Virus record (IMG/VR): IMGVR_UViG_3300047300_001121
Span: 1-64,000 of that record
Direction: 5' to 3' (one strand)
DNA from: a virus
DNA length: 64,000 nucleotides
How positions within the stretch are numbered: position 1 is the stretch's first letter; the number at the start of each line of letters is the position of its first letter. The translations under genes were made by a program, and so were the position numbers. Under the pieces are notes generated by a model that did no database searches, was not told where the DNA came from, and saw nothing but the letters and a program-made list of their open reading frames with translations. Of this stretch, positions 1 to 10,073 are shown one piece after another.

Positions 1-2887
1 CTGTGACGCTGTACGTCGTGCCAACTGCCAGGCTTACGTTTGCCGCCAGGACGCCACCGCCGCCACCGCCACCGCTGTTACCACTGTTGCCGCCACCGCC
101 ACCGCCAGCCACAACCAAATAGGAAATGGTGTAGGTGGTCGGGATGCCAGTGCTTTGCGTTGTGCCGTCACCGAACGTGATGCTGTTGGTGAACACCGTC
201 CCGAACTTGAAGCTGGCGTCACCAAGGTTGTAGGCGCCGCTGGTGCTCGGGTAGATCTTCGCGGAATCCTGCCGGAGCCTCTCCGTTCCACTGAAGTGCC
301 AGTAGATGTTTCCGCCGGACAGTCGCATGCGAACCGATTCCGAGTACCCGCCGATGTATCGGTAACTCGCGAGGTGAAGCTCTCCAACGGCGTAGTTGCC
401 GCTGTCAAGGCTTGTCGATGTGATGTTGGTCGCATAGATGCGAGCCATCTCGTACGAGGTGCCGTTGGAGTTCTTTCCCTCCCACTCCATGCCACCGAGG
501 GAATTTGTCGTGGCAGTGCCCGTGGGCGTCATCGTCTTCTGGAATCGAAGCGATGACTCGTCCGTCAGCGTGGTCGAGGTGTTGACGGATTTGAACGCGT
601 CAACAACACCTGACTGCGTGACCTGAATCGTTCCGGTGTAGTTGCCGCCGCCAAGTCCGGCGACGTAGTTGGTGTAGTTGCTGGCGTCGAGGACCGTGTT
701 GCCTTTGAAAATCAGCGACGCGTTGGAGCGACGGGCGTCAAGAACGTTCGTCCAAGACACGGTTGCGCCAACAGTTCCAGACGGGGCCGCATAGACGATC
801 AGGCCGTCGTAGGCGTCCCAGCGAGAAACAATGTCGGCAAAGGCATACGTGTGGCTCCCGGACGTGGTGGTGTAGTTGACCCCGTAGCTGGCGCCCCCGT
901 AGTTGCCTCCAGAAAAACCAATTGCCAGTGAGCGAGGGTTGCCCGAGTTCATGACGCTGGAACCGGCGCCCCAAGTCACTGCACCGCTAAAAGACGCATT
1001 ACCAGAGCCGTCCACTCGCCCAACTTGGCCGCCTGCCCCGTTGCCGAAGAATGTGCCTTGATCCCCGCCGTACCAGTTCAGGTACACGCCACGACTCGCG
1101 TCAGAAGAGTCAAGGTGCAAGTTGCCGTTTGTTGTCGCAACAGAAGCCGTAGTGCTGTCACCCTGGAAGCCGTTGCCGCCAACGCGCAAAGAGTTGCTCC
1201 AGCCGCTATTGGGGCCAAAAGTGATGTAGGAATCACCGGGGAATGTCGGGCCATTGTGAGCGGCGAGAGCCGTCAGCGTGTACAGGCTCGAGATCGTTGC
1301 GGCATTAAGTACCGCATCAGCTCCACCCCCATGTGTGAACACACGGACCTTGACCGTGTATGAGTTTCCCGTGCTGACAATGTGGGAAATTGGGATCTTG
1401 TAGCAGGTGTTGGTCGCATCCCACGCGAACTCGCCAATGGCGATGTTTGCCCCGATGGTCCCCAGCACATCAACGACACGGGAACTGTTCAAAAAGATGT
1501 TGTTGGTCGGGTTTGTGCCAACCGCAAACACTTTGGTCAGCTTGCCGCCCGAATTCTGGTTGGAGTAGGTGCTGGTGATCTCGACCTCAATGTATCCCCA
1601 CATTGACAGGTTTCCGAGGCGGAGATCGACGGCGAGGTTTGCCGTACCGTTTGTGAAGTACGGCGTCTGAAGCAGCACCTCGCCGTGGTTGTCGGTGTTC
1701 TTGTACCCGGCGAGTTTCAACCAGCCGGTCATCGTGTCGCCGGATTTCAGAACATAGCGACCGTCGCCGTAGTTGGTGTAGTTGCTGGAGTCGAGAAGCT
1801 TTTTCCAAGAGCCCCACGTCGTTCCGCTACCGCTTCGCTGCCAGACGTTCCCGTTGTCAGTAAAACCAAGCTGGTGAGAAAGACCGCCAGTCCAGTCCGT
1901 TCCAGAGCCATACTGCCGGAACGTCATCTCGCCAAAATAGCCGCCGCCGTCGTTCAGGCCGTCCGTGCCGTTGGCCTTGAAGTCGAACATGACGCCCATG
2001 TCAATGGTCTGCGGCGTCGTGGCTGTACTGCGAGAATCGGTGACGCGCAAAGCGTACGCGGAACCGTTGATGTTGATACCCCAAGTGCCGGACGCGCCAG
2101 TGCCGGTCAGCGACGGGGAATAGCTGGTGTAGTTGCTCGCGTTGAGCGTCTGGTTTCCGTTCTCTTTGATCGCACCGGTGATGTTGGCCGAACCGGTGAC
2201 CTGGAGCTTGTCGGTGTTGTTGTCGGTGGCCGAGCCGATCAGGACGTTGCCGCTGGTGGCAAAGCGAACGGCTTCGGTCGAACCAAAGACAAAGACCCAT
2301 GGCAAGACCGTACCAGTGCCCAGCGATCCGGACACCAAACGCATGGTCCCGGATGCTGCGGTCAGTGTGCCAATGGATGAGTTCGCGGGGTCAGACGAGT
2401 TGAAGACCTGGAACTGCGCGTTGACAGCGGTGCCGCTGGGAATGAGGCCGAAGTAGGTGTTGGAGTTGGCGGTAGATGTCTGCACCAGGACGCGGTTTGC
2501 GTACGTCCCGTTGGTGAAGTCGCCGGTGATGCGGTTGCCGGTGCCGGTGAAGGACAGGTTGCCGGAGATGTTCTGCTGGGTGTCGAGCTTGATCTGGTTC
2601 AGCATCGCCTTGGTCAGGCGCAGCTCGACCTTGTCAGCAGCAGAGAAGGCGCGAGCCGTGGTGCCGTCCTGGCCGCGAACAACGGTGAAGGTGTCGGTGG
2701 TGCGCGCCGTGACCTTGACGATCTCGAGGTTGCCGGCGGTGTCGGCCAGGGTGACGTAGAAGTAGTCGCCAACACCCGGAGACGGGAACAGCGCACCCAA
2801 CCCAGCCGTCACAGAGAAGCTTGTCGCTGCGGCGGTGATTGTCGCCGATAGAGCAGCCTGTGCGTTGTTGGTGAATAAAACAGCCAT
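1..2887 (-). CDS. Tail fibre protein (3' end beyond left edge; not in ORF track)
   Basis: ATG at 2887 reads MAVLFTNNAQAALSATITAAATSFSV...YFYVTLADTAGNLEIVKVTART (fibre attachment-type N-terminus). The same frame is open at the left edge and ends in the Gly-rich segment YLVVAGGGGGGNSGNSGGGGGGG. Confidence 0.85.
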   Translation of the reverse strand, partial: MAVLFTNNAQAALSATITAAATSFSVTAGLGALFPSPGVGDYFYVTLADTAGNLEIVKVTARTTDTFTVVRGQDGTTARAFSAADKVELRLTKAMLNQIKLDTQQNISGNLSFTGTGNRITGDFTNGTYANRVLVQTSTANSNTYFGLIPSGTAVNAQFQVFNSSDPANSSIGTLTAASGTMRLVSGSLGTGTVLPWVFVFGSTEAVRFATSGNVLIGSATDNNTDKLQVTGSANITGAIKENGNQTLNASNYTSYSPSLTGTGASGTWGININGSAYALRVTDSRSTATTPQTIDMGVMFDFKANGTDGLNDGGGYFGEMTFRQYGSGTDWTGGLSHQLGFTDNGNVWQRSGSGTTWGSWKKLLDSSNYTNYGDGRYVLKSGDTMTGWLKLAGYKNTDNHGEVLLQTPYFTNGTANLAVDLRLGNLSMWGYIEVEITSTYSNQNSGGKLTKVFAVGTNPTNNIFLNSSRVVDVLGTIGANIAIGEFAWDATNTCYKIPISHIVSTGNSYTVKVRVFTHGGGADAVLNAATISSLYTLTALAAHNGPTFPGDSYITFGPNSGWSNSLRVGGNGFQGDSTTASVATTNGNLHLDSSDASRGVYLNWYGGDQGTFFGNGAGGQVGRVDGSGNASFSGAVTWGAGSSVMNSGNPRSLAIGFSGGNYGGASYGVNYTTTSGSHTYAFADIVSRWDAYDGLIVYAAPSGTVGATVSWTNVLDARRSNASLIFKGNTVLDASNYTNYVAGLGGGNYTGTIQVTQSGVVDAFKSVNTSTTLTDESSLRFQKTMTPTGTATTNSLGGMEWEGKNSNGTSYEMARIYATNITSTSLDSGNYAVGELHLASYRYIGGYSESVRMRLSGGNIYWHFSGTERLRQDSAKIYPSTSGAYNLGDASFKFGTVFTNSITFGDGTTQSTGIPTTYTISYLVVAGGGGGGNSGNSGGGGGGGVLAANVSLAVGTTYSVT
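665..2146. repeat. Three 27-bp repeats encoding L(D/N)(A/S)SNYT(N/S)Y linkers in the tail fibre
   Basis: 665-691 vs 1769-1795 match at 26/27; 2120-2146 matches the first copy at 23/27. Confidence 0.85.
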
Positions 2888-2917
2888 TGCTAAGCCTTGT
2901 TGGGTGTGTCTGTGATT

Positions 2918-4714
2918 TTATCGAGTGGCCACGATGTAGCCGGTCTCCACTGAGCCGACGGAAACGCTGTCTGAGTCGGCACTGCCGGAGGCGTAGTCGA
3001 CCTCGGCGATGAATGACGCATTGGAGGCCTTGGCATCGCTCGAGGCGGCGTCAACTTCGGCCGCGACTTGAGCGCTCGCAGCTGCCGCCGACATGGTCAC
3101 CAGCGTTGCCTTGACCGTCGCCGAGACACCGTTGAACAAGAACATCTTGCGCAGACGGGCGTTGATTGCGACCGCAGCCAGCGCGTAGCCCTCGGAGTTC
3201 TTGACGATGTCGATGACCGCGTCGCTGGCGGAGAACGATGTCTGCAGGTCGCCATCGAGATTGACCTGGATGCGGACGTATCCGAACGCTTGCGCGAGAC
3301 CGTCGCCAGCGCCGTCGAGGCGCTTGACAATGCTGGCGCGACCCGAGGTAAGCGCCATGACATACGCTTGACCCTCCAGCGTTTTACGCAGCTCGATGGT
3401 CGTGATGACATTGACGTTGGCTGCGCCGGCGGCCGCGATGTTCTTGCTGATGGCGGCAGCACCATCGGTCACGGCAGTAGCAAGGCCCGCGCACGCCATG
3501 AACTTGGCGATGGTGGCCTGGCCAGAGGTGCTGGCCGATGCCGTGGAGCTGATGTTCAGGACCTTGGTGACGTTCGCGGATGCGACGTCAACGGACAGGG
3601 TCACCGCGCCTTCGCCGGTCACGTTTTTGGTGATGGCGGCATCGGAGGAGGTCAGCGCTGCAGCAGCTGCGGCCGCGGCAATGAACTTGTCGACCTGTGC
3701 AGCAGCCGACGTGGAGGCAACGGCGGCGGACTGCGTTGCGATCGTTTTGGCGATGGTTGCCTGGCCCGTGGTTTCGGCCGACGCGTTGCCGGCGCACTCC
3801 ATGCTCTTGACCAGGGTGGCCGAGCCGACGGTCGACGCCGTCGCAACGGCACCCACAGCGGCCAGCGGATTGATCAAGCTGGCGAGACCCGTCGACGATG
3901 CAACCGCACTGGCAGCAGCCTGGGAGACCTTGACGATGTCTGCACTGCCGGAGCTCGAGGCCGTGGCGTTGCCGCCGGCGTTGAGCACGACTTGCAGGCC
4001 AACATCAGCAACGTCGACCACAAAGGCGTCGCAATGGCCTGCGAGCGTCACCGTCTGAGCAGCGTTGGCAGTCGCGGTGGCCGAGACCTGAGCATCGGTG
4101 GCGACGGACCAGTTGACCGTGGTCGCGCCAGACGCGCTGGCCGATGCCGTGGCAGAGCCTTCGACGTTGTCGGTCTTGCCGAGTTGGCCAGAGATCGACG
4201 CCCAGGCCGAGGCCGAGCCGGCAAACGACAGGACGAAAGCCGCCGTTCCGGTTGCGCTGGCCGTGGCCGAGACGCTGGACGCGAGGTTTGCAGTGTTGCT
4301 GGGGATTGCGGAGGCCGACGCGCTTGCAGAAGCGCTGGCACTCAGGTTGTCGCTCTTGCCGACATCGCCCGCGGTCGATGCGGAGGTAGAAGCCGAGCCG
4401 GCGATGTTGGCCGCGCGCGCAAGAGCTGCGGCGACGGTTGCGCTCGTGCTGGCGGAACCAGCGAGCGGAATGCCCAGGATGACGCCGGCGTAGGTGACGA
4501 CGTACGCGCTCGAGGCCGCGGCAATGTTCTTCGACAGCGAGGCCTGCGCCACGATGCTGCCGACACCAGTGATGGCGCCAGCAACATTGCACGACAGGCC
4601 GAGCGCGCCCGAACACGTCGCAGCACTCGAGGCGGATGCTGCGAGCTCCTGCAACACACCGCCGGCGCTACCGTTGAGCGTCGCCGAGTTGAGTACAGAA
4701 GCGTTGAGCAGCAT
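2918..4714 (-). CDS. Ala/Ser/Thr-rich repetitive virion structural protein
   Basis: 598 aa with alternating-Ala repeats of roughly 25 aa, in the structural operon. Confidence 0.7.
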   Translation of the reverse strand: MLLNASVLNSATLNGSAGGVLQELAASASSAATCSGALGLSCNVAGAITGVGSIVAQASLSKNIAAASSAYVVTYAGVILGIPLAGSASTSATVAAALARAANIAGSASTSASTAGDVGKSDNLSASASASASASAIPSNTANLASSVSATASATGTAAFVLSFAGSASAWASISGQLGKTDNVEGSATASASASGATTVNWSVATDAQVSATATANAAQTVTLAGHCDAFVVDVADVGLQVVLNAGGNATASSSGSADIVKVSQAAASAVASSTGLASLINPLAAVGAVATASTVGSATLVKSMECAGNASAETTGQATIAKTIATQSAAVASTSAAAQVDKFIAAAAAAAALTSSDAAITKNVTGEGAVTLSVDVASANVTKVLNISSTASASTSGQATIAKFMACAGLATAVTDGAAAISKNIAAAGAANVNVITTIELRKTLEGQAYVMALTSGRASIVKRLDGAGDGLAQAFGYVRIQVNLDGDLQTSFSASDAVIDIVKNSEGYALAAVAINARLRKMFLFNGVSATVKATLVTMSAAAASAQVAAEVDAASSDAKASNASFIAEVDYASGSADSDSVSVGSVETGYIVATR

Positions 4715-4728
4715 CCCTTACCCCGGGA

Positions 4729-5163
4729 TTAGGCGAACGTGATCGACAGCGAGGCAGCGGGGAAGGTGACCGTGTCAGCCTGGTTGATCGTCTTGGCGAT
4801 GGTGAGCGCGCCCCAGAACAGCAGGTTGCCGCCGGAAGCTGCGTCGTAGATGCCGAAGTGCGTGACCGTGCCCCAGCCAGTGGAGGGCGTGGGGAAGGTG
4901 ATGGCGCCGTTGTTGCTGGTCTGGCCTCCGGTGCCGCTCGAGGCGACAGTGGAGCCAGCCGACTGCGTGCCGGCCCAGTTGGCCAGGCTCGAGCCCACGG
5001 AGACGCGAGCGTACGAACCGCCCGACACTTCGGTGCCGCCGCCGGCGTCGCTGGGAGCCGCGGTCAGCAGACCGACGTACAGGGTCGTGGTGGTGGGGGC
5101 GGCTTGGCCACGGAACAACTGATCGATCAGTTTATTCTCGAGGTAGTCTGACATTGCGGACAT
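4729..5163 (-). CDS. Virion structural / tail-associated protein
   Basis: MSAMSDYLENKLID...GTEVSGGSYARV...WGTVTHFGIYDAASGGNLL, a common phage structural family; RBS AAGGA. Confidence 0.75.
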   Translation of the reverse strand: MSAMSDYLENKLIDQLFRGQAAPTTTTLYVGLLTAAPSDAGGGTEVSGGSYARVSVGSSLANWAGTQSAGSTVASSGTGGQTSNNGAITFPTPSTGWGTVTHFGIYDAASGGNLLFWGALTIAKTINQADTVTFPAASLSITFA

Positions 5164-5175
5164 GGTGTTTCCTTT

Positions 5176-5508
5176 TTAGAACTGTTGACGGACATTGAAC
5201 TTGAGAACGTCGTAGACCGTTTGAATTTGGCCGTCGAAGTCGATCTCTACCTCCCCTTCGTAGAGGCCAGGCTCCACGTCGAGAACGCCTCCGGAGAAGT
5301 TGAATCGAACCTTCCCGGTTGAACCCCCATCGACCTTGTCGCAAACGATCGTGGAGAGAACGGTGTCGCTTCCGGCTGCCCGGAATTTCACGCGCACGAT
5401 GACGTCAGCGTCGGCGACGTTGATGACTTCGCCGCTTGACGGATCGGTGAGCGTGAGCGTGATGTTGGGCAGCGAGTCGCCCTGAACGAGTTTGATTTTT
5501 TCAGCCAT
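5176..5508 (-). CDS. BppU-N-like Ig-fold structural protein
   Basis: IKLVQGDSLP...GLYEGEVEIDF...FNVR pattern. Confidence 0.6.
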   Translation of the reverse strand: MAEKIKLVQGDSLPNITLTLTDPSSGEVINVADADVIVRVKFRAAGSDTVLSTIVCDKVDGGSTGKVRFNFSGGVLDVEPGLYEGEVEIDFDGQIQTVYDVLKFNVRQQF

Positions 5509-5517
5509 GTCTTACTT

Positions 5518-6159
5518 TCAGAATCCGAAGCGCACAGGGCGAACGCGCGGGCTGCCGGCCACCTTGTCGTGGGCCTCGAACACTTTGGCCTTGGTGATGC
5601 CGTCGTCGAACATCGCCTTGTTCAGCAGCGCGAGCTCGCCGTTGCTCCAGGCCTTGCCGGGCATCGACATGAGGCGGAACTTGGCGCCGGCCAGGATCTC
5701 GTCGAGGTAGATGTCGACCAGGAACTGCGGCAGGAAGGTGCCGAACTGGTTGGGCGTGTACACGGCACGCACGGTCATCTTGGCTTTGTTGGCGCCGTAC
5801 GGAATCGGGTAGATCCGAAAGCTCGTGTAATCGTTGGCGGCGTTGTAGTACGCGGGATCCGAGCCCTTGGCTTCTTGCCAGTTGGGGATCAGCTCTTGCA
5901 GGCGCTCCATGGTCACCGGCACGAGCTCGCGGTTGACCATCCAAATGGACTTGATGGTGACCAGCTGCGCACCGGTGGGCGTGTCGATCTCGTACTCGTT
6001 GATGTTGTCGAGCACGATCAGTGGGTCCTGGATTTCATTCCAGACGCCGGCCTCGCGGCAGAACTCGTTGGCCGAGCGCATGATGGCCTGCTTGACCAGC
6101 GTGTCGGGCGCGCCGGGAACTTCAGGCAGGATGTACGGGAGCAGGTCGGTTGGCGTCAT
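5518..6159 (-). CDS. Head-tail adaptor-like protein
   Basis: LLPYILPEVPGAP...EFCREAGVW; position downstream of the capsid gene. Confidence 0.6.
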   Translation of the reverse strand: MTPTDLLPYILPEVPGAPDTLVKQAIMRSANEFCREAGVWNEIQDPLIVLDNINEYEIDTPTGAQLVTIKSIWMVNRELVPVTMERLQELIPNWQEAKGSDPAYYNAANDYTSFRIYPIPYGANKAKMTVRAVYTPNQFGTFLPQFLVDIYLDEILAGAKFRLMSMPGKAWSNGELALLNKAMFDDGITKAKVFEAHDKVAGSPRVRPVRFGF

Positions 6160-6162
6160 GCG

Positions 6163-6936
6163 TTACCTCGGCGTCGTGGCCAACGGATTGCTGTCCAGGC
6201 CCTGGATGTTCGGGTTGATGCCGGCGATGGCCTTGGCATGCACGCCGATGCTGTCCTTGAACTGCGCTGCGTAGCCGGCCGCCAGGGCCAGGTTGGCTGC
6301 GTTCTCGGCATCCTTGCTGTAGGCGCGGAACAGGATGTAGTCGGTGAGGTCGTCGACGTAGGTGTCGTCGACTGCGACCTTGGCTGTGCTGTTGCCGTCC
6401 CAGGTGTAGGTGCCGGACTGGGGCACGTCGAGCGGGTCAGCGATGTACGACATCTCCACCCAGACATTGGTGGAGGCGGGCACGCCAGGGCTCACGTAAA
6501 ACTCGTGCGGCGTGCGCGGATCGAACGTGTACGAGCTGACCTTGGTGTCAGTCTCGGTGTGCCAATCCGGAGAATTCGAGTCGAGAACGTCACGATCGAT
6601 CAAGCGGATGGCTCGACCGACCGTGGTTCCGTCGGTGCCCATGTTCCGGATCACGGACATGAGTGCTGTGCCGCTGATGTTGGCAGCAGGCTCGCCGTCG
6701 CCAGGGATGATCCTGGTCGACGGAATCAGGCTGATCGACTGCCTGGTGCCAGGCACAAGCTTGACGGCGTCAACACGCGAGCACGAGCTTGGGACGTACT
6801 TGGCGATGGCCCGTTGGCCATCATTGAGCCAATTGACGAGCTCCCGCTGCGTCCATCGTGTGAACTGCGGAGAGAGGTCGTGCAGCTGACCGGATACCCG
6901 GTACAGCACGTCCTTGACATACGTGTTTGCCGCCAT
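6163..6936 (-). CDS. Head-tail adaptor protein (DUF6682-like)
   Basis: RWTQRELVNWLNDGQR...DYILFRAYSKD motifs. Confidence 0.7.
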   Translation of the reverse strand: MAANTYVKDVLYRVSGQLHDLSPQFTRWTQRELVNWLNDGQRAIAKYVPSSCSRVDAVKLVPGTRQSISLIPSTRIIPGDGEPAANISGTALMSVIRNMGTDGTTVGRAIRLIDRDVLDSNSPDWHTETDTKVSSYTFDPRTPHEFYVSPGVPASTNVWVEMSYIADPLDVPQSGTYTWDGNSTAKVAVDDTYVDDLTDYILFRAYSKDAENAANLALAAGYAAQFKDSIGVHAKAIAGINPNIQGLDSNPLATTPR

Positions 6937-6945
6937 GCTTTACTT

Positions 6946-7308
6946 TCAGTGGACGCTGAACGCGAAGCGATTGCTGACGCGTTCGATGAGCTCGGTGCTG
7001 CCGTTGCCCGCCGGGTGATACGTGGTCACCTTGGCGTTCTCGAGGATCGACACCAGCTCGGCCGGCACTTCGACCGGCATGCCGCGAGGCACCTGGTACA
7101 TGTAGCCGTTCAGACCGATGGGCACAGCGTCGTGGCCGCCTTCGGCTTCCGAGGTGTGGATGGTGATCGTCTTCTTCTCACCGGACAGGGCGACGTCATG
7201 ACCGTCGACCTTGGGTTGACGCTTGGCCGTGGTGGCCTTTTGCTTCGGCGCTTCTTGCGTCGTAGGCGCGTCATCAATGCTTGAAACTTGAGTGGTGTCG
7301 TTTGACAT
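6946..7308 (-). CDS. Hypothetical virion-associated protein
   Basis: Start re-assigned to MSNDTT (7308); VPIGLNGYMYQVPRGMPVEVP motif typical of the gene following N4-gp56 capsids. Confidence 0.6.
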   Translation of the reverse strand: MSNDTTQVSSIDDAPTTQEAPKQKATTAKRQPKVDGHDVALSGEKKTITIHTSEAEGGHDAVPIGLNGYMYQVPRGMPVEVPAELVSILENAKVTTYHPAGNGSTELIERVSNRFAFSVH

Positions 7309-7385
7309 AGGGAGCCTCACAGAAAAATTGCCGGGGATTGCCCGCCCCGGCATCGGGTTCGGTCGCGAGAGATTGCTGCGCACCA

Positions 7386-7411
7386 AAATCAAAAAGCCCC
7401 CGAAGGGGCTT
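7386..7411 (-). terminator. Intrinsic terminator after the capsid gene
   Basis: AAGCCCC-TTCG-GGGGCTT followed by TTTGATTTT. Confidence 0.85.
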
Positions 7412-7443
7412 GTCCCTGACTGCCGGTGTTACCCGGCGTTCAA

Positions 7444-8427
7444 TCAGGCGGTAGCGGCCACTTCGGCGCGAACCATCCAGCTGTCGTTCAGGATGGTGCA
7501 GGTCTGCATGGCCTTCCATGCGACGTGACCACGCTGAGCCAGAGGATCGGAATCGCTCGGCTTCGGGTTCACGACCATGGGGGTCAGAGCAAACATGCCC
7601 TTCAGCGCCACAATGCCGTAGGCATCGCGAGCCACGAACAGCACGGGGTACACGTCGGCGTTGGTGCCGGTCGTGGACAACATGCTGCCCTTCGCACCAC
7701 CAGCATCGGCCCAGGGCTCGAAAATGGTGGAGCTGACGTAGCGCACGTCTTCGCACTTGCCCAGCTCGTTTTCCCAGGGGGTCATCGTGCCGTACTTCTC
7801 AGCGGGCACGAAGCCGGTCAGGCCACGCACGTCGGCTTCCAAGTCGGGGTGGATCAAGGCGACGAAGCCAGGAGCCACGTTCTCGGTGCCGTAGGACGGG
7901 GTCGAACGGACGATGCTGGTGATGAAGCGAGCGTTCTGACGCTTCAGGGCACGCACGGCACGGCGCTGCAGCGTGATGCTGATCGCGGTGTTGACGGCGT
8001 TGCGAGCGGCGCCGTTGGCGTACAGCACGTTGGTGCCAGCCTTCAGCACGCCGAAGCGCATCTTCTCGATCATCTGCGCGGCCTGTTCGCCCAACAGAGC
8101 CACGGACTCGTTCAGAGTCGGGTCCTCATGGGTGTCCAGGATCACGTCGGTGATCGTCACCTTGTCGCCGTACTGAGCCAGCGTGGCGGTGACGTCGGTC
8201 ACGGCCAGGGTTTGGCCAGTGGGAGTCACGCCTTCGGTCAGGGTCGTCGGGGTGTTGGGCAGCGCGTTGTAGCGGCGGAACTTGATGACCTTGGTGGAAG
8301 CCTCGGGCAGAGCTTTCGCTTGACCGAACTTCTCCAGGACCAAGTAGGGGATGCCGCGCTTCAGCAGTTCTTTTTCTGCGTAAGCTGCGGTACGGGGCGA
8401 AATGTCGCCGTAGGAGGTTTGAGCCAT
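7444..8427 (-). CDS. Major capsid protein, N4-gp56 family
   Basis: YGDISPRTA, IKFRRY, LTEGVTP, QYG, DPLAQRG...WK motifs; strong RBS. Confidence 0.93.
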   Translation of the reverse strand: MAQTSYGDISPRTAAYAEKELLKRGIPYLVLEKFGQAKALPEASTKVIKFRRYNALPNTPTTLTEGVTPTGQTLAVTDVTATLAQYGDKVTITDVILDTHEDPTLNESVALLGEQAAQMIEKMRFGVLKAGTNVLYANGAARNAVNTAISITLQRRAVRALKRQNARFITSIVRSTPSYGTENVAPGFVALIHPDLEADVRGLTGFVPAEKYGTMTPWENELGKCEDVRYVSSTIFEPWADAGGAKGSMLSTTGTNADVYPVLFVARDAYGIVALKGMFALTPMVVNPKPSDSDPLAQRGHVAWKAMQTCTILNDSWMVRAEVAATA

Positions 8428-8439
8428 GATGATTTCCTT

Positions 8440-8880
8440 TCGTTAATGGCATCGAGATTTGCTGTTGTTCACAGCCATTGCGGAGAGGAGCGGTATGGAC
8501 TTTCCTTGCCGTGTGCAGATTCGCAGAATTCATGCTGGGGCGCCGAGGCGTGTCCCGAATTCTTCTCGTCATGCGCGACTCGTGAGTCGAGCTCCAAGTG
8601 CTGGGTGTTTGGTATCCGGCGCACCCTGCTACGCCGGCTGTGAGGCAGCTCTTTGTGGACTGCCTGCCACATTGGTTCGTACAGCTCTTGATGCGTACTC
8701 CGCGAATACGCATTGCAAGCTGTGACGCTGAAAAGGTGCCGGGTTGTCGCCGGCGAGATTCCCGTCGCCGCACACGTCTATGCGGTTCACCTGTAGATCC
8801 AGGATGGGGTGATCACCGCGCGAGGCGGGAGCGCACTTCCCTCGGGTATTCAAGCCTGATGCTTGCGCAGAGCAGGGACT
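8440..8880 (-). ncRNA. Candidate structured RNA / capsid 5' leader
   Basis: ~450-nt intergenic region packed with hairpins (8681-8723, 8616-8637, 8576-8589); no credible ORF. Confidence 0.5.
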
Positions 8881-8881
8881 C

Positions 8882-9973
8882 TTAGAACTCGTTCCAGGCG
8901 CCGGCGAAGTCGTCGGCAGCTTTGGGTTGATCGGGCAGCTTCATGCCGCTCGAGCGCACACCCTCGGCAGCATCCAGGGCTGCGTCGTCGGTGGCTTCGT
9001 CGACAATGGACTCGCCCTTGGCTTCGGTGAGTTCACCGGCAGCCTCGGCACCAGCTTCTTCGCCGGCGGCGTTGGCAGCCTTGAAGCCATCCAGCAGCTT
9101 GATGATCTGCTTGGCAGAACCGTTGCCGATCACTTCGATGGCGGCGGCTTTGTCGGCCTCCGGCAAGGACTCGACGTAGGTCTTGAACTCTTCGCTGGCG
9201 CCGATCTCGTTGAAATCGGGGTGAGCGTTGGCGATGGCCTCGAAGTGCTTTTGCGCCTTGGTGTCGACGATGTCGCCGATGATGTCGTCAACGGTCTTGC
9301 TCAGCTCGCCGAACTTCTCGCTGGCAGCAGCGCCGCCGGCTTCCTTGGCTTTGGCGGTAGCGATGGCTTCGATCATCTTCACGAAGTCTTCGCCGAAGTC
9401 CTCGGCCAGCTGCTTCATGGCAGCCTCGGGGGTGAGCTCGCCGGACTCGACCTGGTCAGCGATTTGCTCGACCTTCTCTTCGTCGGCCGGGGTGTCGGTG
9501 GCGTCAGCAGCCTGCTCGATGGCTTCGCTCACCACTTCGGCTTGCTCTTCCTGGGTGTCGGCGCCAGCGCCCTTGAGCTTGGCTTCCATCGCCTTCAGGC
9601 GACCTTCCCAGGACTTCAGGCGCTGGATCTCTTTTTCCATGTCGACGGCAGGAGCCTCGACTTCGCCGGCTTCGCCTTCTTGAGACACAACTTCAGCGGG
9701 CTCGCCCTGGCCTTCAGCTGCCGACTCGGCGGTCTGGCGAGCTTGCGCATCTTCGGCTTGCTTCTCGAGGTCGCCGCCATCGATCACGATGGCAACATCC
9801 ACGGGCTCAGCGGCTTGGCCGTCGGCACCGTCTTCGGTTGCGTTCTCTTCACCTTTGGGCTCGGACAGACCAAAGGCCTCGTCTTCGCTCATCTCCTGCT
9901 TGGGAGCATCTTCCTCGTTGAAGGCGGCGCTGAATGCGTCCTGGTCTTCCTTCAGTTGGTCTTGGGTTGCCAT
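8882..9973 (-). CDS. Capsid scaffolding protein
   Basis: Very acidic, helical, KSWEGR and HPDF motifs, between portal and capsid genes. Confidence 0.75.
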   Translation of the reverse strand: MATQDQLKEDQDAFSAAFNEEDAPKQEMSEDEAFGLSEPKGEENATEDGADGQAAEPVDVAIVIDGGDLEKQAEDAQARQTAESAAEGQGEPAEVVSQEGEAGEVEAPAVDMEKEIQRLKSWEGRLKAMEAKLKGAGADTQEEQAEVVSEAIEQAADATDTPADEEKVEQIADQVESGELTPEAAMKQLAEDFGEDFVKMIEAIATAKAKEAGGAAASEKFGELSKTVDDIIGDIVDTKAQKHFEAIANAHPDFNEIGASEEFKTYVESLPEADKAAAIEVIGNGSAKQIIKLLDGFKAANAAGEEAGAEAAGELTEAKGESIVDEATDDAALDAAEGVRSSGMKLPDQPKAADDFAGAWNEF

Positions 9974-10073
9974 AGATTTCCTTTCGATCGGCTACCAAAT
10001 AGCCGGTCGCCCGGCTCACACTGTCCCTTGCGAACTGGCAAGCATTGCTTACCAGTTGCCCGGGGGCTGAGAT

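Noticed and set aside
1-2887. Diversity-generating retroelement or invertible tail-fibre cassette
   Set aside because: No reverse transcriptase, template repeat or invertase in the window (the fibre 3' end is outside it)
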